From: Candidatus Krumholzibacteriia bacterium
GTDB taxonomy: Bacteria > Krumholzibacteriota > Krumholzibacteriia > WVZY01
Direction: 5' to 3'
Length of the DNA: 38,036 nucleotides
Assembly (NCBI GenBank): GCA_036478295.1
Contig: JAZGDW010000177.1
Span: forward strand, 1-38,036
The notes beneath the pieces were generated by a model. It did not search any database. It had not been told where the DNA came from and saw only the letters and a list, made by a program, of their open reading frames with translations. This document shows, piece after piece, positions 33,859 through 38,036 of the stretch; position 1 is the first letter of the stretch; every line of letters starts with the position of its first letter. A program made the position numbers and the translations under genes.

Positions 33859-36402
33859 ATGTCCACCGGCCGTAAAAAACGGCTCGCGGCGGCGATCGCT
33901 GTCACCCTTCTGACCACAGCCTATTTCGCCGTGCCGTGGCGCGACGCCGGACCGGCCGCCCAGTTTGCCGGTGTGCCGCTACTTCTCCTTTTCATTGTTA
34001 TGCTGCCCGGATACGCGCTGCGTGGTTTTCTCGCGCCGCGCGTCAGCGACACTCTCGAAACGGTAGCCGGCTCCTTCCTGGCCGGCCTGTCATTCTTCTT
34101 GATAGTGGCCTTCGTGGCCGCAGTGGCCGGGATGCCACTCGCCGTTTTCGAAAAGATCCTGCCGCTGCCTGTTCTCGGTCTGGCCGTCCTCGGGTTGTGG
34201 CGCGCCGGCCGGGCCCAAAGTGTGGAGAGCGGTCCGCACCATGAAACGGGGCGCCGTTGGTCGGTGATCTTCTCGCTCGCCCTTGTTACCGTCTTCATCC
34301 TCGTGCTCCGCGCCGGTGCGCCCGCGGATGACACGAAGGATACACTGGACCACGTCGGCTACATCAACGAGATCGCCGAGACCGGCCAGGCGTTCCCGAA
34401 GACCGCATTCTATTACGAGGACGATGCCAACGGCCGCGATATCCGCAAGGGTCTGCTGCACTTCTTCTACGGCTACGTGAGCCATTTCCTTGGCATCGCA
34501 CCGCTTCGCGTTCTCGATATCATGGGGGCGGTATTCGCCGTCATACTCATGCTCGCCGTCTATTCGCTGGCACTCGGCTTCTTTGGCGACTCGCGGGTCG
34601 CGGTGATCTCGGCGCTGCTCTTCGTCCTGACCCCGAAGGGCGGGCTCGCCGATCCGGCGATCCGATTGGCCTTCTATCCGAACCGCTTCGGGCTCGCCTT
34701 CCTGTTCTATTTCCTGATCCACGCGATGGATTTTATCGACCGCAAGAACACGCGCGATCTGCGCGGCGCCGCGTTCTTCGCCTTCGGCGCCGGGGCCGTG
34801 CACATTTTCTTTACGGTCGCGATTGTGTGCGCCGGTGTGGTGATCAAGGTGTGGAAAATCTGTTTTCCGCAGCACTCGTGGCGAGAGCACCTGCGGCGCG
34901 TCGCCACTCTCGGCATCGTGGTTGTGGCGAGTCTCATCCCGTACGCCGTCTACCGTTATATTACCGCCTCTCCCCAGGCGAACGATCTGCACACCGACGT
35001 GCAGGGGGTTCTATTCATCACCGACCGGTTATTCATCGGGGACCCAATCCGGCTCGCAAGATGGTTTGGCCCGGTCGGTCTGCTGACATTTCTGGCAGTG
35101 GTTCCCCTGTGGCGCCAACGCGGCGAGTTTGTGGGGTTGGGTTACCTCGCCGCATCCTTGCTGACGGTGCCGCTGGTTCTACTAAACCCGTTACTGTTTC
35201 CCATACTGCACGGGATCATGACGTATCTGGCATCCCGCTTGATGGTGCTGAGTCCGTTCTACGTGCTCACGGCGTTTTTTCTCGTTCGCGTCTTCGACCG
35301 CCGGTCCAGCACGGCCCCGGTGGGTGTATCGCGGTACATACTGGCGGGTCTTCTCCTGGGCGCAATCGCCGTGCAACTCGGTCCTCTTTTCGGCACGAAC
35401 GCGTTCAGCCGCGCGCGGGTCGAGAGCGAGCGTGCCCGCAGCTACCTGCGGTGGCAGGACGGCCTCGATTTTCTGGCCGGAATGCCTGGGCGCGCGGTCA
35501 TCGCCGCCGATCCCCTCACCTCGTACTCGATACCCGCGTTCACCCCGCATTACGTCGCGTGCACGCTCGATCAGCATGCGCCCCCGAACGACCTCCGGCT
35601 CGAGGAACGAATCCGCGCGGTAAGAGATGTTTTGAGTCCTTTCGTACCGATGCGGCGGACGCTGGAACTAGCCGACAAGCACGGCATCACGCACGTGATT
35701 CTCAACGAAGGGGCGTCGCGGCGAATGCTGGTGCACTATTGGTCGATGGACCCGGCGGTGCTCGCAGCCGCCCGTGACAAATTCGAACGTTACCCGCAGT
35801 TGTTCGATGTCGTTTACGATACGAATGGATTCGTGGTTTTTCGCCGCACGGATGAAGTCGCCGCCACGGAGGAGGTTCCCGACAACCCGTACCGGCTGGC
35901 CAGTGTCCCGGAGGGCTTTCGGCAAATCCGACGCCAGGCGGGGGAGGCGACGCTCGAGGCTTTTCGCATGGATCGTTCGGAGTTCGCGTCGGGCGAAAGC
36001 ATCGATATCCATTTCGTGTGGTCGACCGGGCGCCGTCACCAGCTCGACAACTACGTCGTCGCCGTCCGCTTCGACCACCTGAACACCGGGCTGCCGTTCG
36101 GGGGGCGCCCGTTACCCAAGATTGCACGCAAGCTCAAGGAACGTATCACAGGGCGGCTATACCGGTTTCGCGTCGAGCATAAGATGGTTGGGGGATTGCT
36201 GGGACCCGACACATGGTCGCCGGGCGAGCTCATTCTCGATGAGAGTGTTGCCGTGATTCCAACGGACGTGGCCCCGGGGCAGTACGCCATCTCCGTCAAG
36301 TTGCTTGCCGTTGCCAACCATCCCAATTACCGGCTGCGTGATCTGTTCTTCGACGACGACGTCTACCAGGGTATCCCGGTCGGCCGCATTTCCATCCGTT
36401 AG
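33859..36402 (+). CDS. Large polytopic membrane protein, possibly a GT-C fold glycosyltransferase, with a C-terminal extracytoplasmic domain
   Basis: Roughly 14 hydrophobic segments; acidic loop DDTKDTLDHVGYI after an early TM; C-terminal Ig-like tail (WSPGELILD…PGQYAISV). Function is inferred. Confidence 0.65.
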   Translation: MSTGRKKRLAAAIAVTLLTTAYFAVPWRDAGPAAQFAGVPLLLLFIVMLPGYALRGFLAPRVSDTLETVAGSFLAGLSFFLIVAFVAAVAGMPLAVFEKILPLPVLGLAVLGLWRAGRAQSVESGPHHETGRRWSVIFSLALVTVFILVLRAGAPADDTKDTLDHVGYINEIAETGQAFPKTAFYYEDDANGRDIRKGLLHFFYGYVSHFLGIAPLRVLDIMGAVFAVILMLAVYSLALGFFGDSRVAVISALLFVLTPKGGLADPAIRLAFYPNRFGLAFLFYFLIHAMDFIDRKNTRDLRGAAFFAFGAGAVHIFFTVAIVCAGVVIKVWKICFPQHSWREHLRRVATLGIVVVASLIPYAVYRYITASPQANDLHTDVQGVLFITDRLFIGDPIRLARWFGPVGLLTFLAVVPLWRQRGEFVGLGYLAASLLTVPLVLLNPLLFPILHGIMTYLASRLMVLSPFYVLTAFFLVRVFDRRSSTAPVGVSRYILAGLLLGAIAVQLGPLFGTNAFSRARVESERARSYLRWQDGLDFLAGMPGRAVIAADPLTSYSIPAFTPHYVACTLDQHAPPNDLRLEERIRAVRDVLSPFVPMRRTLELADKHGITHVILNEGASRRMLVHYWSMDPAVLAAARDKFERYPQLFDVVYDTNGFVVFRRTDEVAATEEVPDNPYRLASVPEGFRQIRRQAGEATLEAFRMDRSEFASGESIDIHFVWSTGRRHQLDNYVVAVRFDHLNTGLPFGGRPLPKIARKLKERITGRLYRFRVEHKMVGGLLGPDTWSPGELILDESVAVIPTDVAPGQYAISVKLLAVANHPNYRLRDLFFDDDVYQGIPVGRISIR

Positions 36403-36453
36403 GGAGCCTGTGCCGCTTGCTTTTCACGTTAGAATCGGCTAATCTAGCCGCGT

Positions 36454-36819
36454 ATGCCAACCGATCCCACGAAAGACATCGAGACTTTCGCCAACCCGAC
36501 GCCGGACCGCCCGTACACGATCACGATGGAATGTCCGGAGTTTACCTGTCTTTGCCCGCGAACCGGGCAGCCGGATTTCGCGACCATCCATGTCCGTTAC
36601 GTTCCGAACGAGCTCTGCATAGAGCTGAAGTCGCTCAAGCTGTACCTGTGGTCTTTTCGCAATGAGGGCGCGGTCCACGAGGCGGTCGTGAACTCGATTC
36701 TCGATGACCTTGCCGCTGCCTGCCAGCCGCGGTTCATGGAGGTCACCGGGGACTTCTACGTTCGCGGCGGCATTCACACCAAGGTAAGGGCGACGGTGGG
36801 AACGGATCCGGACGCGTGA
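36454..36819 (+). CDS. queF: NADPH-dependent 7-cyano-7-deazaguanine reductase QueF (short type)
   Basis: [39 protein letters not shown]. Confidence 0.95.
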   Translation: MPTDPTKDIETFANPTPDRPYTITMECPEFTCLCPRTGQPDFATIHVRYVPNELCIELKSLKLYLWSFRNEGAVHEAVVNSILDDLAAACQPRFMEVTGDFYVRGGIHTKVRATVGTDPDA

Positions 36820-36832
36820 TACTCCCCTGTGG

Positions 36833-37567
36833 TTATTTTTTGGGATCGCTGACCATTGGGACAAAGCGGACGTTCGCGATTTTCATCTGCACGATCTTGC
36901 CGTTTTTTTTCTCCAACACGTAGAGCTCCTGATGGGTCGTTCCAACGGGGATCACCACCCGCCCGCCTTCGGCCAGCTGGTCGAGGAGTGGTTGGGGCAC
37001 GGTGTCGGGAGCGGCCGTTACCATGATCGCGTCGAACGGAGCCGCGTCCGGCCAACCCTTGTAGCCGTCGCCGATGCGCACGGTTACGTTGTCGTATCCC
37101 AGCTCGTGCAAGCGCGCTTTCGCCTGCAAGCCCAGGGGCTCGATGATCTCGATCGTAAACACCGAGCCCGCGAGCTCGGACAGCACCGCCGCCTGGTAAC
37201 CGGAGCCCGTGCCGATTTCGAGGACCACGTCGGTGGGCTCGAGCTGCAGCGCCTCGGTCATGTAGGCCACAATGTAGGGTTGGGAGATAGTCTGTTCGTG
37301 GCCAATGCTCAGGGGGCTGTCGCGGTAGGCCCAGCGCCGGTCCCCTGGCCGGACAAACAGGTGGCGCGGCACCTTCTCCATGACGGCCAGGACACGAGGA
37401 TCTTCGACCCCTCTCTTGCGGATCTGGGTGTCGACCATCCGCAAGCGCTCCGCTTTGAAACTGTCGTTGTCCGGGGTTTGAGCCATGACAATTTCGTGTC
37501 CGCTGCGAGTCGGCACTGCGCACGGCAAACAAGTCAGCGCGGCAATGATCCAGATCGCCCTTTTCAT
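36833..37567 (-). CDS. pcm: Protein-L-isoaspartate O-methyltransferase with a signal-peptide-like N-terminus
   Basis: VPRHLFV, AYRDSPL, QTISQPYIVA, VLEIGTGSGYQAA, GDGYKGW, APFDAIMVTAA, VRFVPM. Start at ATG 37567 (MKRAIWIIAALTC); an alternative is MAQ further downstream. Confidence 0.92.
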   Translation of the reverse strand: MKRAIWIIAALTCLPCAVPTRSGHEIVMAQTPDNDSFKAERLRMVDTQIRKRGVEDPRVLAVMEKVPRHLFVRPGDRRWAYRDSPLSIGHEQTISQPYIVAYMTEALQLEPTDVVLEIGTGSGYQAAVLSELAGSVFTIEIIEPLGLQAKARLHELGYDNVTVRIGDGYKGWPDAAPFDAIMVTAAPDTVPQPLLDQLAEGGRVVIPVGTTHQELYVLEKKNGKIVQMKIANVRFVPMVSDPKK

Positions 37568-37766
37568 GTTTCCGTCGGCGCGTTCGCCACGATAGCGCCC
37601 CTGTTCCGGTTCGTGTTTTATCGAGCGATTCATTATACCACCGAACCCTTGCCCTCCAAGCCAGAAGTGGGTGGGGGGCTTGTGCCGCGGCGTGGATTGG
37701 GTCATAATTGATATTACGCCGGCGCGGCGCTGGCCCGGCGGCTCTACCGCAACAATGGAGTCCGAC

Positions 37767-38036
37767 GTGAAGAAACGCTCACCCGCATTCTGGGCCCTGG
37801 TGGCCTCGGCATCAGTCCTGGCTTTCTGGGTGGCCACGGTCATTCCACGCGTCGTCATGCTAAAGAACCAGAGTGCCCGCCTTATTGGCAAGCCTCTGTC
37901 GGCGTGGACCCCCCCGCTGCACGACTCGCCCCCTGCCACCGAGTTGCCGGATACCGGTGACGTTGACTGGCAATCGTTGTCAACCTGGGTCGATGACCAG
38001 GGCATTCGCGTGGTCGATTACGACGCGGCCGGACAG
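37767..38036 (+). CDS. Hypothetical membrane-anchored protein, runs off the window end
   Basis: Read manually: GGAG then GTG 37767, MKKRSPAFWALVASASVLAFWVATVIP…WVDDQGIRVVDYDAAGQ, open to the end of the window. Confidence 0.6.
   Translation, partial: MKKRSPAFWALVASASVLAFWVATVIPRVVMLKNQSARLIGKPLSAWTPPLHDSPPATELPDTGDVDWQSLSTWVDDQGIRVVDYDAAGQ

Noticed and set aside
18287..36819. queG and queF as part of a DNA 7-deazaguanine modification (dpd) island
   Set aside because: They are 17 kb apart with no dpdA, tgt or queCDE; QueF and QueG belong to ordinary tRNA queuosine synthesis.
37568..38005. 146-aa N-terminal extension of pcm shown in the ORF track
   Set aside because: Overlaps an intergenic region and a better-supported plus-strand gene; no recognisable features.

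Overview
GC-rich bacterial chromosomal window with about 28 housekeeping and envelope genes. I saw no rRNA, tRNA, IS element or CRISPR array. Two genes are split by the ORF caller at an in-frame TGA that sits where the family has a conserved Cys and is followed by a SECIS-like hairpin, so both are probable selenoproteins. The first is an exported DUF1573/Ig-like protein with a U-G-C motif (8694..9704, -), co-transcribed with a TPR+TlpA thioredoxin-like lipoprotein and close to dsbD, which suggests an extracytoplasmic Sec-dependent redox relay. The second is an AhpD/CMD-like protein with C-H-Y-U (24115..24663, +). Other content: a cysteine synthase / JAB protease / Ubl::E1::rhodanese fusion operon, a HEAT-repeat + HD-GYP pair, queG, queF, a LonC-type protease, SxtJ-like + carbamoyltransferase, an archaeal-type topoisomerase VI (top6B-top6A), a PilX-like protein, several GT4 glycosyltransferases, a GT-C-like membrane protein, a signal-peptide-bearing Pcm and a 46-bp intergenic tandem repeat. 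All family assignments come from recognising motifs by eye; no database search was run.
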